This document shows, piece after piece, positions 20,867 to 30,631 of a stretch of DNA of 64,000 nt. Source of the DNA: Candidatus Amesbacteria bacterium (GTDB lineage Bacteria; Patescibacteriota; Microgenomatia; CAZETR01; Amesbacteraceae); contig CAVTQH010000002.1 in the NCBI GenBank assembly GCA_963736875.1, positions 133,294-197,293 of the forward strand. The letters are read 5' to 3'. The notes under the pieces are model-generated. The model was not told the DNA's origin, did not search any database, and saw only the letters and a list, made by a program, of their open reading frames with translations. The position numbers and the translations under genes are program-made. Every line of letters begins with the position of its first letter. The first letter of the stretch is position 1.

Positions 20867-22263
20867 TTATGATGCAAAACCGTCCCCCAGTAATTGTTGT
20901 TTTGGGCCATGTGGATCATGGCAAAACCTCCCTGCTTGGACTACCTGAAAAAATCTAATATTGCCGCCCGCGAAACCGGAGGCATCACCCAGCATATCAG
21001 ATCTTTTCAGATCGAGACCAAAAACTATGGGATTATGACTTTTATCGATACCCCCGGACACGAAGCTTTTACAAAAATCCGTGAGCGGGGAAGTAAAATT
21101 GCCGACTTGGCAATTTTGGTGGTAGCAGCCGACGACGGAGTTAAACCCCAAACCATCGAATCCATCGAATTTATCAAAAATTCCCGCCTGCCGTTTGTAG
21201 TGGCCATCAATAAGTCCGATATGCCTGCCGCTGACCCTGACCGGGTAAAAACCCAGCTTACTGAATCCGGAGTTGTCGTCGAAGACTTCGGCGGCAGCGT
21301 TCCCGTTTCGGTTATTTCTGCCAAAACCGGTAAAAACATCCCGGAGTTACTGGAATTGGTCCATTTGGTAGTCAGTCTGGATCCTCCCCGGGCAGACGTC
21401 CGGGAAAGTCTTGGAATTAATTGTTCTCGAAAGCCACCTGGATTCAAAAAAAGGTCCTCTGGCTACAATTCTGGTAAAAAACGGAACTCTAAAAACAGGT
21501 CAGGAGCTTTTTCAAACCGAAAAAATCGGCAAAGCCAAAGCTTTATTCGATTTTGAAGGCAAATCCTTAACCGAAGCTTTGCCTTCCCAGCCGGTGGAGA
21601 TTTTGGGTTTGAATCTGACTCCCGAAGTAGGATCGGTTATTTCCGATAAACCGGTATCCGGTCCCTCCGCTTCCCAAAAGCCCAAATCAGACACCGTCCC
21701 GTCCGAAAAAAAGATAAATCTTATTATCAAAGCCGATGTTGCCGGTTCCCTGGAAGCAATTGTTGCCAACCTCCCGCCGGAAGTTGAAGTGATCACCTCC
21801 GGCACCGGGGACATTAACGAAAACGACATTCTTCTGGCTGATACTTCCAAAAGCCGGGTTATCGGTTTCAACCTCAAACCATCCGGTTCCATTATTAAAC
21901 TGGCTGAAACCGAAAAAGTTTCCCTTAAGACTTTTCCGATTATCTACGAACTTTTTGATTACTTAAACGACCTGCTTCATCCCGAAATGACGGAAAAAAT
22001 CAAAGGTACAGCTACGGTTATTGGCCGATTTTAAAATCAATTCGGACCGGATTGCCGGTTGCCGTTGCACTGAAGGGATTTTTACAAAATCCGATAACAT
22101 TCGGGTTGAAAGAACCGGTCAGGTTATCGGTACCGGCCGGATCAAATCCTTAAAAATCGGCAAAAACGACGTCCAGTCGGTCAAACCGGGGACTGAATTC
22201 GGGGCTGTTCTTTCTCCTTATGTTGACTTTAAAGTCGGCGACGCTATAATTGCTATAGGTTAA
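20867..22263 (+). CDS. infB: Translation initiation factor IF-2, short form beginning at the G domain ([23 protein letters not shown]), split over four reading frames by three +1 frameshifts
   Basis: Frame A 20867-20956; frame B ORF 20894..21556 ([29 protein letters not shown]); frame C 21411..22034 ([17 protein letters not shown]); frame D 22021..22263 ([11 protein letters not shown]...). Each junction has an extra G after TTG (positions about 20938, 21413, 22024). Confidence 0.85.
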
Positions 22264-22264
22264 T

Positions 22265-23150
22265 ATGGCCAAACCGGATACCTCATATCTGGGGACGCTG
22301 ATGGAACCTGCCCGCCATGTCAGTATCCTTCTTCCTCAAAATCCTTCTTTTGATGCGGTAGCGGCTGCATTGGGACTGAAGCTTTCTCTGGAATCCTCCG
22401 GCAAGCTGGTTCAGGTGGCCTGTCCTGATCCCATGGTGGTTGAATTCAATCGTTTGGTGGGAGTTGATTCCATTACCACCACATTCGGTACCAGAAATCT
22501 GGTCATTTCTTTTCCTGACCAGACTGAAGCCGTCGATAAAGTCAGCTATAATCTGGAAAACGGCGAGTTGCAGCTGGTGATTACTCCCAAACCGGAAGCT
22601 CCGGAGCTGGACCACCGGCGTCTGAAGTTTATTTCCGGCGCAGGCAAAACGGATTTGATAGTTCTTGTAGCTGTAGATCAGATTACCGATCTCGGCTCAA
22701 TTTATCAGGATGCCAAAGATCATTTTCAAAACTACCACACTGGTTTCTTTGTCCCACAAACCTCCGCGGGAGAACTACACCCTTCATCAAATCCATGATT
22801 CCCAATCCTCATCCGTCAGTGAATTAACCACTCACATCATTGATTCTTTGGGTTTGAACTTAACCGGCGACGCCGCCTCAAATATGTTGGCCGGTATCGA
22901 AAAAGCTACCCGCAATTTTCAATCTCCCAATATCACAACCACCACTTTTGAAGCTGCTGTAATCCTGATGCGCAGGGGAGCCAAACGCCATATTGAATTA
23001 TCAGCCACCGATTTTCCTCCCGGAGTCGATTCCTTCTCCACTTCCTCCTCCGCCGCGTCCTCCTCCCCCTCCTCCGCCGGCTCCGGTTCAGTCTTCGGTT
23101 CAATTAGGATATGGCACCGACAGTACTCTTCCGGTTCAGTCTGCAACTGA
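22265..23150 (+). CDS. NrnA-like DHH/DHHA1 protein with degenerate catalytic motifs (DHH -> SHK, GGGH -> RGAKRH), one +1 frameshift near 22728-22731, and a Pro/Ser-rich low-complexity C-terminus
   Basis: N-terminal part ILLPQNPSFDAVAAALGLKL...LIVLVAVDQ (ORF 22265..22798). C-terminal part SSSVSELTTHIIDSLGL...AGIEKATRNFQ...AAVILMRRGAKRH (ORF 22710..23150). The nrnA-rbfA-infB neighbourhood is known from mycobacteria. Confidence 0.5.
23030..23100. repeat. Polypyrimidine (TCC/TCCGCC)n low-complexity tract encoding Ser/Pro-rich peptides in two frames
   Basis: tccttctccacttcctcctccgccgcgtcctcctccccctcctccgccggctccgg read directly. Confidence 0.5.
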
Positions 23151-23336
23151 TACTAAAAAAACCAAGACCGCCGAAAAGAAAAACACTCCTCCGGACTGGT
23201 ACGAGCCCAAAATCTACAAAGGCCCCATGCTCCAGTAAATTGTGATATAATTCACTGCGTATAACAGAGAAATTAACGGGGGTTTGATAGGTTTTCTACT
23301 CTCACCTCCGCCTTATCTCTGAAATTTTTTATTCAT

Positions 23337-23606
23337 ATGGCTCTAGATACAACAGCAAAACAACAAATCATCAAAAAATTTGCCAAAGGCAAAGGTGACA
23401 CCGGTTCTCCGGAAGTCCAGATTGCCTTACTGACGGAAAAAATCAACAAACTGGCAGAGCATTTAAAAATTCACAAAAAGGATAATCACTCCCGGCGGGG
23501 ACTGATCAGTATGGTTTCCAAACGCCGCCGCCTGCTTTTTTATCTCCAGAAAAAAGAGACCAGGCGTTTTCAGGACATCAACAAAAAACTTGGTCTATCG
23601 AAATAA
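23337..23606 (+). CDS. rpsO: 30S ribosomal protein S15
   Basis: 89 aa; S15 sequence. Confidence 0.95.
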   Translation: MALDTTAKQQIIKKFAKGKGDTGSPEVQIALLTEKINKLAEHLKIHKKDNHSRRGLISMVSKRRRLLFYLQKKETRRFQDINKKLGLSK

Positions 23607-23689
23607 CCCGAATTCTAGTATAATCACTTCAAGTAACTAAAAGAAAAAAAATAACCATAAGCTTCTCTGACTGCTTCTGGAACAAATAA

Positions 23690-25895
23690 ATGAAAATTAT
23701 AAGTAAATCAATGGAAGTTGCCGGTCGGACTCTGACTCTCGAAACCGGTCGTTTTGCCGCCCAGGCAGTTTCCAGTGTGTTGGCCAGCTACGGTGAAACC
23801 TCCGTATTGGCGGTGATCACCACCGGGACGGAAAATCACGGCAAGGATTATTTCCCTTTGTCCGTTGATTATCAGGAGAGATTGTATGCCGGTGGCCGGA
23901 TTAAAGGTTCCCGTTGGGTAAAACGCGAAGGCCGGCCTACCGAAGCTGAAACCTTGTCTGCCAGGCTGATTGACCGGTCAATCCGGCCTCTTTTTCCGAA
24001 AAACTACAGGCGCGAAGTTCAGGTCGTGGTAATGGTTTTGTCAGTTGATGTTGATAACGACCCGGATATTTTAGGCTGTATAGCGGCATCTGCAGCTCTG
24101 GCAATTTCTCCTGTTCCCTGGAATGGTCCCATTTCCACTGCCCGTGTCGGTCTGGAAGAGGGTAAATTGGTTGCCCATCCCAAAGACGGTAATCGCGGCG
24201 GGGTCGATTTGGATTTGGTTGTTTCTTCGACTTCCGATTTGATTACCATGATCGAAACCGGAGCCAGACAGGTGCCCGAAGAAACTATTCTGGCCGGTTT
24301 TGAACTGGGACTTAAGGAAAACAAAAAAACCATCGATTTGATTAACTCCCTGGTCAAAGAAGCCGGCCAACCAAGGGAAACAGTCAAATCCACTCCTCTT
24401 CCGCCGGAATTGGTAAAAGACATCAGGAAAAAGGGTCAGGAGGCCATTAATCAATATATTGCCGATGCTGCCCATAAAGAAGGCGTGGATATGATCGAAA
24501 TCTTAAATAGTCTGTCCGAAGGAGCGGATGAAAAAGAATAAAGTTTTTATTCCCCAGATAGTGGAAGAACTTATGCGCGATGCTATCCGTAGGCAAATTC
24601 TTGAAAAATCCCACCGTCCTGATGGCCGGAAAATTGATGAGATCCGCCCTTTAAGTGTGGAAGTCGGAGTTCTACCCCGGGTTCATGGTTCGGCTGTTTT
24701 TCAGAGAGGCCAAACCCAGGCTTTGGTTGTTACCACTTTGGGTGCCCCTTCCCTGTCTCAGTCTTTGGAATCCGCCGAAGGCGAAGACACCAAACGATTC
24801 ATGCTTCATTACAATTTTCCTCCCTTTTCCACAGGTGAAACCGGCAGGCTCGGTTCTCCCAGCAGACGCGAAATCGGTCACGGCGCCCTGGCCGAAAAAG
24901 GCCTGGCTCCGGTAATTCCCGAAGAACAGAATTTTCCTTATGCCATCCGGGTTGTTTCCGAAATCATGAGTTCCAACGGTTCTTCCAGCATGGCCAGCAC
25001 TTGCGGTTCGACCATGTCGCTGATGGACGCCGGTGTCCCGATTCTTTCTCCCGTTGCCGGGATTTCTATCGGTCTGGTTACTCCTGAAAATTACCCCAAA
25101 AATTCCAAAGATTTTGTTTTATTAACCGATATTATCGGGCTGGAAGATCATCACGGGGATATGGATTTCAAAGTCGCCGGCACTTCCGCCGGAATCACCG
25201 CCATCCAGCTGGATGTCAAAGTCCCCGGTTTAACTATGGATATCTGTAAAGAAACCCTCAAAAGAGCCAAAATCGCCAGGGAGCAGATCCTCAAAACCAT
25301 GCTGGCGGTTTTACCTCAAAGCCGGCCGCAGATTTCTCCCTATGCCCCCCAAATCAGCACTACCCAAATACCCGTTGAGAAAATCGGCGAGTTAATCGGT
25401 CCCGGCGGTAAAGTAATCAAGCAGTTGATGGCCGATACCGGTACCACTATTGATGTCAGAGATGACGGCAGTGTTTTTGTCTCAGGTCTCGATCCGGACG
25501 GCGTCAGCAGAGCCATCTCCTGGATAGACGGTTTAAGCCGCGAAGTTATTCCCGGTGAAATATATGAAGGTACCGTTGCCAGAATTCAGCCGTTCGGTGC
25601 ATTTGTGAACATTTTGCCCGGTAAGGACGGTTTGGTGCATGTTTCCCAGATGGACAGCGTTTATGTTTCCGATCCCAGTACCGTGGTCACCGAAGGTCAA
25701 AAAGTCAAAGTCTGGGTGACGGAAATCGATTCCCAGGGAAGGATTAATTTAAGCATGCTTTTTGATGCTGACGGCAAACCGGTAATAAAAATGTCTCCTC
25801 CCCGTGATTCAGCTCCGCGGGGTCCGCGCCGCGATTCCTACGGCGGTCCCAGAAGGGATGATCGCCGTGATCGTGGTCCCCGCCGGCGCTTCTAA
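23690..25895 (+). CDS. pnp: Polynucleotide phosphorylase (2x RNase PH, KH, S1, RG-rich tail), interrupted by a +1 frameshift in an A5 run at 24531-24535
   Basis: ORF 23690..24541 is the first PH domain. ORF 24528..25895 carries RPDGR, the second PH domain, KH, S1 and RGPRRD repeats. Changing A5 to A4 gives continuous ...SEGADEKNKVFIPQIVEEL... Confidence 0.9.
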
Positions 25896-25904
25896 CAATA
25901 GTCA

Positions 25905-26201
25905 ATGAAACTATTAGAGCATCATTACCAGAAATTTCTTCCGGATATAACAACTAACCTGGGTGATTTGAAGGACGAAAACCTATTTTATTACTTTGGG
26001 GTAGTATCAAACGATTATCTATTCGTCTTGAAAAAACGAAAAGCTAAAAATTTTTTTCAAGCAATAAGAAATGCCGCGGCAGCTTTTCAGGAAGGGCAAG
26101 TGGAAATAATCAGCGAGGGACAAAATAAAGACGATTATATTTGCCGGCATTGCGGTAACTTACATCATGGTAAATGCTCGTTGGCAGAAAATTCTTGTTA
26201 G
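25905..26201 (+). CDS. Hypothetical 98 aa protein with a C-terminal CxxC...HHGKC cluster
   Basis: ORF only; no recognisable family. Confidence 0.3.
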   Translation: MKLLEHHYQKFLPDITTNLGDLKDENLFYYFGVVSNDYLFVLKKRKAKNFFQAIRNAAAAFQEGQVEIISEGQNKDDYICRHCGNLHHGKCSLAENSC

Positions 26202-26226
26202 GGTAACACTGTGATATCATAAATTC

Positions 26227-27273
26227 GTGGACGAAAAACTCACCTCAGACATTCAGTCGATTCAGGATCAGATTACCAATACCAAACTGCCTGAAGAATT
26301 AAAGTTAAAAATTCAGGAAATGGTAAATCGTTTGGCTCTTGCTGCTAAGTACGGCAGTTACAGCGCCGAATTTGAGATGGTCCAGCATTATGTGGACTGG
26401 ATTACCCACTTACCGTGGTACAAAACTACGGAGGATACACTGGAATTGGACCATGTCAAACAGGTTCTGGACAAGCACCATTTTGGTTTGGACGCTCTCA
26501 AAGACAGGTTTTTGGAATATGTCTCCCTGATGATTCTTAACAGAAGCAAGCCCCAGAGCAACTTCCGCGCTCCGATACTATTATTAGTTGGTCTGGTGGG
26601 CACCGGTAAAACCACAATTTCGGCCAGCATTGCCGAGGCTCTGGGCCGGAAATTTATCAGGATTCCCTTTGGCGGCATGAGCTCGTCACTTGATTTGCGC
26701 GGCCAGGCCAGGGTATTCGGAGACGCCGAACCCGGGCAGATTATTAAAAATATTCGCCGGGCAGGGGTAAAAAATCCGGTAATTCTTTTGGATGAAATCG
26801 ACCGGGTGGCTGAAAGCGCCAGGGGAGAAATAATGGGTGTTTTGGTAGAGCTTCTGGATCCGGCCCAGAACAGCACCTTCACGGATCACTATATAGATTA
26901 TCCCTTTGATCTGTCGCAATGTCTGTTTATTGCGACGGCCAATAACACCACCCATATCAATACCGCGGTCATGGATCGTTTGGAGCCGATTCTCATGCCC
27001 TCCTACTCTGATGAGGAAAAAATTCACATCGGTCGCGAATACATTCTTCCGACCCAAATCCAAAAAGCTGCTCTGCCTGACGGAGTTCTGACAATTGATG
27101 ATGCCGTCTGGTCAAAAATTACCCGGCCGCTGGGTTTTGACGCCGGCATCCGTACTTTGGAACGGACTATCGAGGGTATTGTCCGTAAAGTTGCCAGGCT
27201 GACCATCGAAGATAAAAATCGGAAATTTCATATTACCGAAGAAAACGTCAAACAATTTCTCCCCACCTACTGA
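26227..27273 (+). CDS. Lon-like AAA+ ATPase module only (no LAN N-domain, no S16 protease domain)
   Basis: Lon-type AAA+: YVDWITHLPW, Walker A GLVGTGKTT, Walker B ILLDEIDR, sensor ATANNT, GIRTLER. It ends at the point where the Lon protease domain normally begins. The stop overlaps the next start (TGATGA). Confidence 0.7.
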   Translation: MDEKLTSDIQSIQDQITNTKLPEELKLKIQEMVNRLALAAKYGSYSAEFEMVQHYVDWITHLPWYKTTEDTLELDHVKQVLDKHHFGLDALKDRFLEYVSLMILNRSKPQSNFRAPILLLVGLVGTGKTTISASIAEALGRKFIRIPFGGMSSSLDLRGQARVFGDAEPGQIIKNIRRAGVKNPVILLDEIDRVAESARGEIMGVLVELLDPAQNSTFTDHYIDYPFDLSQCLFIATANNTTHINTAVMDRLEPILMPSYSDEEKIHIGREYILPTQIQKAALPDGVLTIDDAVWSKITRPLGFDAGIRTLERTIEGIVRKVARLTIEDKNRKFHITEENVKQFLPTY

Positions 27274-27779
27274 TGAAAATCGCCGTTTTGTCTGATATCC
27301 ACGATAATATTTGGAACCTTGAGAAAACTCTGGAAAAAGTTAAAGAGAATCAGTGTGAAGCAATTATTTTTTGCGGTGATTTCTGTGCCCCTTTTATCGT
27401 TCCCCATTTGACCGCCGCCGGCCTGCCTGTATATGCCTGTTTTGGTAACAATGACGAAGATCAGTGGTCCATTGTCAAAAATGCCAAATCTGATAAGTTT
27501 CAGGTCTGGGCTCTGGGTCAGGAATTTGCCGAAATTGAACTGGACAAAATAAAAATTGCTTTTTGCCATTATCCCAAACTTGGACGATTGTTAGCCCAGA
27601 CAGGGGATTATCAGGCGGTTTTTCATGGTCACACCCACGAAGCCTATCAGGAAAAAATAGACAGCACTCTTTTGGCCAACCCCGGCGCCGTCTGTGGTAT
27701 TGTCTCCGGCCATCCCGGCCCCGCCGGTTTTGGGATTTATAATACTTCGGATAAAACTTTCACTCACATTTCTTTATGA
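27273..27779 (+). CDS. YfcE/MJ0936-family metallophosphoesterase
   Basis: LSDIHDN, GDF, GNND, GHTH metallophosphatase motifs. Confidence 0.75.
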   Translation: MKIAVLSDIHDNIWNLEKTLEKVKENQCEAIIFCGDFCAPFIVPHLTAAGLPVYACFGNNDEDQWSIVKNAKSDKFQVWALGQEFAEIELDKIKIAFCHYPKLGRLLAQTGDYQAVFHGHTHEAYQEKIDSTLLANPGAVCGIVSGHPGPAGFGIYNTSDKTFTHISL

Positions 27780-28417
27780 CTACTCAGGAAAAGCAGGTAG
27801 AACTCGATAAAATTTCCCGGGAAATAAAGGAGTTTAAGGGTTTGGATATTGCCAAAAATTGTACCCGTGCAGTTCCGGGTGAGGGTAATCCGGATACTCA
27901 GATTATGTTTATCGGGGAGGCTCCTGGTTTTAACGAAGACAAGGAAGGCAGACCTTTTGTGGGCCAGGCCGGAAAACTTCTGGAAAAAACCCTTAAAGAT
28001 GTATTAAATTTGGGCCGGTTTGATGTTTATATCACCAATATCGTCAAATTCCGTCCCCCGGATAACCGCGATCCGCTGCCTGACGAAATAGAAGCTTGCC
28101 GTGATTGGCTGGACAGGCAGATAAATATCATTCACCCCAAAATTATCGCTACTCTGGGACGTTTCTCCATGGCTAAATTTATTCCGGACGTTTCAATTTC
28201 CCGGATTCATGGCCAGGCCAGATACATTGATATTAATGACAGAAAAATTATTATTTTCCCCATGTATCACCCGGCTGCCGCCCTTCGGGCAGGAACGGTT
28301 ATGAACGAATTCGTTCAGGACTTTAATAAATTAAAGCCGCTGCTTGGAAATAATCAGCCTGAAATCCCGGTCGTCAAAACGGAACCTGTAAAAATTACTC
28401 AAACAAGTTTATTTTAA
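27776..28417 (+). CDS. Uracil-DNA glycosylase superfamily, family 4-like (lacks the full Cys4 set)
   Basis: GEGNPDTQIMFIGEAPGFNEDKEGRPFVGQAG motif A region and a C-terminal HPAA-type motif. Family placement is tentative. Confidence 0.6.
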   Translation: MTTQEKQVELDKISREIKEFKGLDIAKNCTRAVPGEGNPDTQIMFIGEAPGFNEDKEGRPFVGQAGKLLEKTLKDVLNLGRFDVYITNIVKFRPPDNRDPLPDEIEACRDWLDRQINIIHPKIIATLGRFSMAKFIPDVSISRIHGQARYIDINDRKIIIFPMYHPAAALRAGTVMNEFVQDFNKLKPLLGNNQPEIPVVKTEPVKITQTSLF

Positions 28418-28435
28418 ATAAATTAATATATAGCC

Positions 28436-30091
28436 ATGGCGGAATTAAAAATCATTTCTTTGGGAGGTTTCGGCAAAGTTACTTCCAACATGTTTGTTTA
28501 TGAGCTGGAAAACGACATTTTGCTGGTCGATTGCGGCATGGGTTTTCCTTCGGAGGATATGCTGGGAATAGACATTCTCATCCCGGATATTTCCTACCTG
28601 CATGACAAAATCGGGAAAATCAGGGGTTTGGTAATTACTCACGGTCATGAAGATCATATCGGAGCTTTGCCGTATCTTTTACCCCAGCTTCCCGGGGTGC
28701 CGGTTTATGCCAGCCGTCTTCCCGCCCATTTGATTATGGATAAATTGGCTGAGTATGAAAACATGGCGCAGAAAGTCACGGTATTAAATCCCGGTGAACA
28801 GCTGCATTTGGGCCAGTTTACTGTTGAATCAGTCAGAATTTCCCACTCGGTTCCCGATTCCACCAACTTAATCATCTCCACTCCGGCCGGTAATATTTAT
28901 CATGGCAGTGATTTTAAGTTTGATTTCACTCCGGTTGACGGCGTATTACCGGACATTAACCGGATTGCTGTCGCCGGAAACGCCGGCATTTCATTGCTTC
29001 TGTCGGATTCTCTGGGCAGTGAACGTCCCGGATACACCCCCTCTGAAAAAACTCTGGCCGAAACTTTTGAGCGGGAGGTGTCGGACTGCCAGGGCAAGTT
29101 TATTGTTACCACCATGAGCAGTAATATCAGCCGCTGGTATCAGGCGGCCACCAGCGCAATTCGTCACGGCCGCCGGATAGCAGTTTCCGGCCGGAGTATC
29201 GAACGCAATCTTGATATCGCCACCAAATTAAACTTGTTTAATATCCCCAAATCGGCCTTTGTCGAGCTGAAATCCGTCAAAAAACTTCCGCCCAAAAATG
29301 TTTGCGTTCTGATTGCCGGTTCTCAGGCTCAGTCCGGATCTGCTCTCGAGCGTTTGGCAACAGAGGATCATCGTGATTTAACAATCAATCCCGGGGACAA
29401 GGTGGTTTTCTCATCGGATTATATTCCCGGTAATGAAAGTTCGGTGCAGTCTTTAATCGACACTCTGTCCAAACAGGGTGCCAAAGTAATCTATTCCGAG
29501 ATTACGGATAACTTACATGTTTCCGGTCACGGCAGTCAGCAGGATATGCTTCTTTTAATGGCTCTGACCAAAGCCAAATATGTGCTTCCGATCGGAGGTA
29601 TGTATCGCCATATGATCCAGTATGCCAACCTGGCCAAATCCATGGGTTACAGTCCGGACAGAATTCTTCTTCCCGAGCATAATCAATCAATCTTGGTATC
29701 CCCGGACAAAATTTCAATCGGTCCCAAAATACCGATTAAAAGTGTTTTAGTTGACGGCTTAGGTGTAGGTGATGTCGGTCAGGTGGTTTTGCGGGATCGC
29801 CAGCATCTGGCTGAAGAAGGTGTGGTGGTCGCTGTAGTCGAAGCAGACCAGAATGATTTAAGTAATTTAATCAACTTCGAACTCGTCAGCCGGGGTTTTG
29901 TTTTTGAAAAATACAGTACGGATCTTTTAAACAAAGCTTCCGCCCAGGTCAAAAACGCCATTAATCAGAAGCGGGGGCATATCGAATCCGACCGTCACCT
30001 CAAACAATTGGTAATCGATACCCTGAGTCATTTTCTGTTCAAGGAAACCCACCGCCGCCCCATGATTCTCCCCGTTATTGTCGAAGTCTAA
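28436..30091 (+). CDS. rnj: Ribonuclease J (metallo-beta-lactamase + beta-CASP + C-terminal domain)
   Basis: HGHEDHIG motif; 551 aa; overall RNase J layout. Confidence 0.9.
   Translation: MAELKIISLGGFGKVTSNMFVYELENDILLVDCGMGFPSEDMLGIDILIPDISYLHDKIGKIRGLVITHGHEDHIGALPYLLPQLPGVPVYASRLPAHLIMDKLAEYENMAQKVTVLNPGEQLHLGQFTVESVRISHSVPDSTNLIISTPAGNIYHGSDFKFDFTPVDGVLPDINRIAVAGNAGISLLLSDSLGSERPGYTPSEKTLAETFEREVSDCQGKFIVTTMSSNISRWYQAATSAIRHGRRIAVSGRSIERNLDIATKLNLFNIPKSAFVELKSVKKLPPKNVCVLIAGSQAQSGSALERLATEDHRDLTINPGDKVVFSSDYIPGNESSVQSLIDTLSKQGAKVIYSEITDNLHVSGHGSQQDMLLLMALTKAKYVLPIGGMYRHMIQYANLAKSMGYSPDRILLPEHNQSILVSPDKISIGPKIPIKSVLVDGLGVGDVGQVVLRDRQHLAEEGVVVAVVEADQNDLSNLINFELVSRGFVFEKYSTDLLNKASAQVKNAINQKRGHIESDRHLKQLVIDTLSHFLFKETHRRPMILPVIVEV
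30047..30075 (+). repeat. Direct repeat copy 1 (29 bp, aaacccaccgccgccccatgattctcccc) inside the 3' end of rnj
   Basis: Exact 29/29 match to 30579-30607. Confidence 0.85.
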
Positions 30092-30165
30092 TCAGAGTTC
30101 GAATCCCGACACCCCTGCATTAGATTTGATTCTTTGTACCGAAAAATCTTAGTATAATAATTGTA

Positions 30166-30453
30166 ATGAGAAAAAAGGCAATCAATGCCCTCTGCGTTCT
30201 TTATTTAATATTAGGGATTCTAGGTTTCTTTTGGTTATACGAACCGTTATGGGGAATTTTCGACCGATTTCCTTTTTTACTCAGTATCACCTCTTTCGGA
30301 ATAATCACTTGGCCTCTGATACCTTTATTTATCATCGTCTGCTTTCTAAACAATTACCGAAAACCTATCTCAAAAATTATCATTGTAAATTTAATCATTT
30401 TTGGTTTTATTGCTTCATTTGCCTTTAGCCAATTACTATTCCGCATTGAGTAA
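30166..30453 (+). CDS. Small hypothetical membrane protein (3 predicted TM segments) lying between the two repeat copies
   Basis: 95 aa hydrophobic ORF. Confidence 0.35.
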   Translation: MRKKAINALCVLYLILGILGFFWLYEPLWGIFDRFPFLLSITSFGIITWPLIPLFIIVCFLNNYRKPISKIIIVNLIIFGFIASFAFSQLLFRIE

Positions 30454-30578
30454 TAACATTGGTCTTTTATCCATAAACTGAGGTCGGTGGTAAATAAGGT
30501 CATTCATACTCGCTCAGGCGTTCCTAATTACGTCCAATAAACCCTGCAAATAATTAAGTCTCAAGATACTATGACAAA

Positions 30579-30607
30579 CCCACCGCCGCCCCATGATTCT
30601 CCCCCCC
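30579..30607 (+). repeat. Direct repeat copy 2 (29 bp), 25 bp downstream of the lyase-like gene stop
   Basis: Exact match to 30047-30075. Confidence 0.85.
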
Positions 30608-30631
30608 TGCAAAATAGCCTCAAAAATGAAA

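Noticed and set aside
22993-23238. 81-aa proline-rich ORF (PPPPRPPPPPPP) as an independent gene
   Set aside because: It is produced by reading the (TCC)n simple-sequence tract in an alternative frame, and it overlaps the NrnA-like C-terminus. More likely frame ambiguity than a separate gene.
30095-30125. GTTCGAATCC (tRNA T-loop-like) just downstream of rnj, as a possible tRNA or tRNA fragment
   Set aside because: Flanking bases cannot form a T-stem or acceptor stem (CAGAG versus CCCGA), so no cloverleaf can be built.
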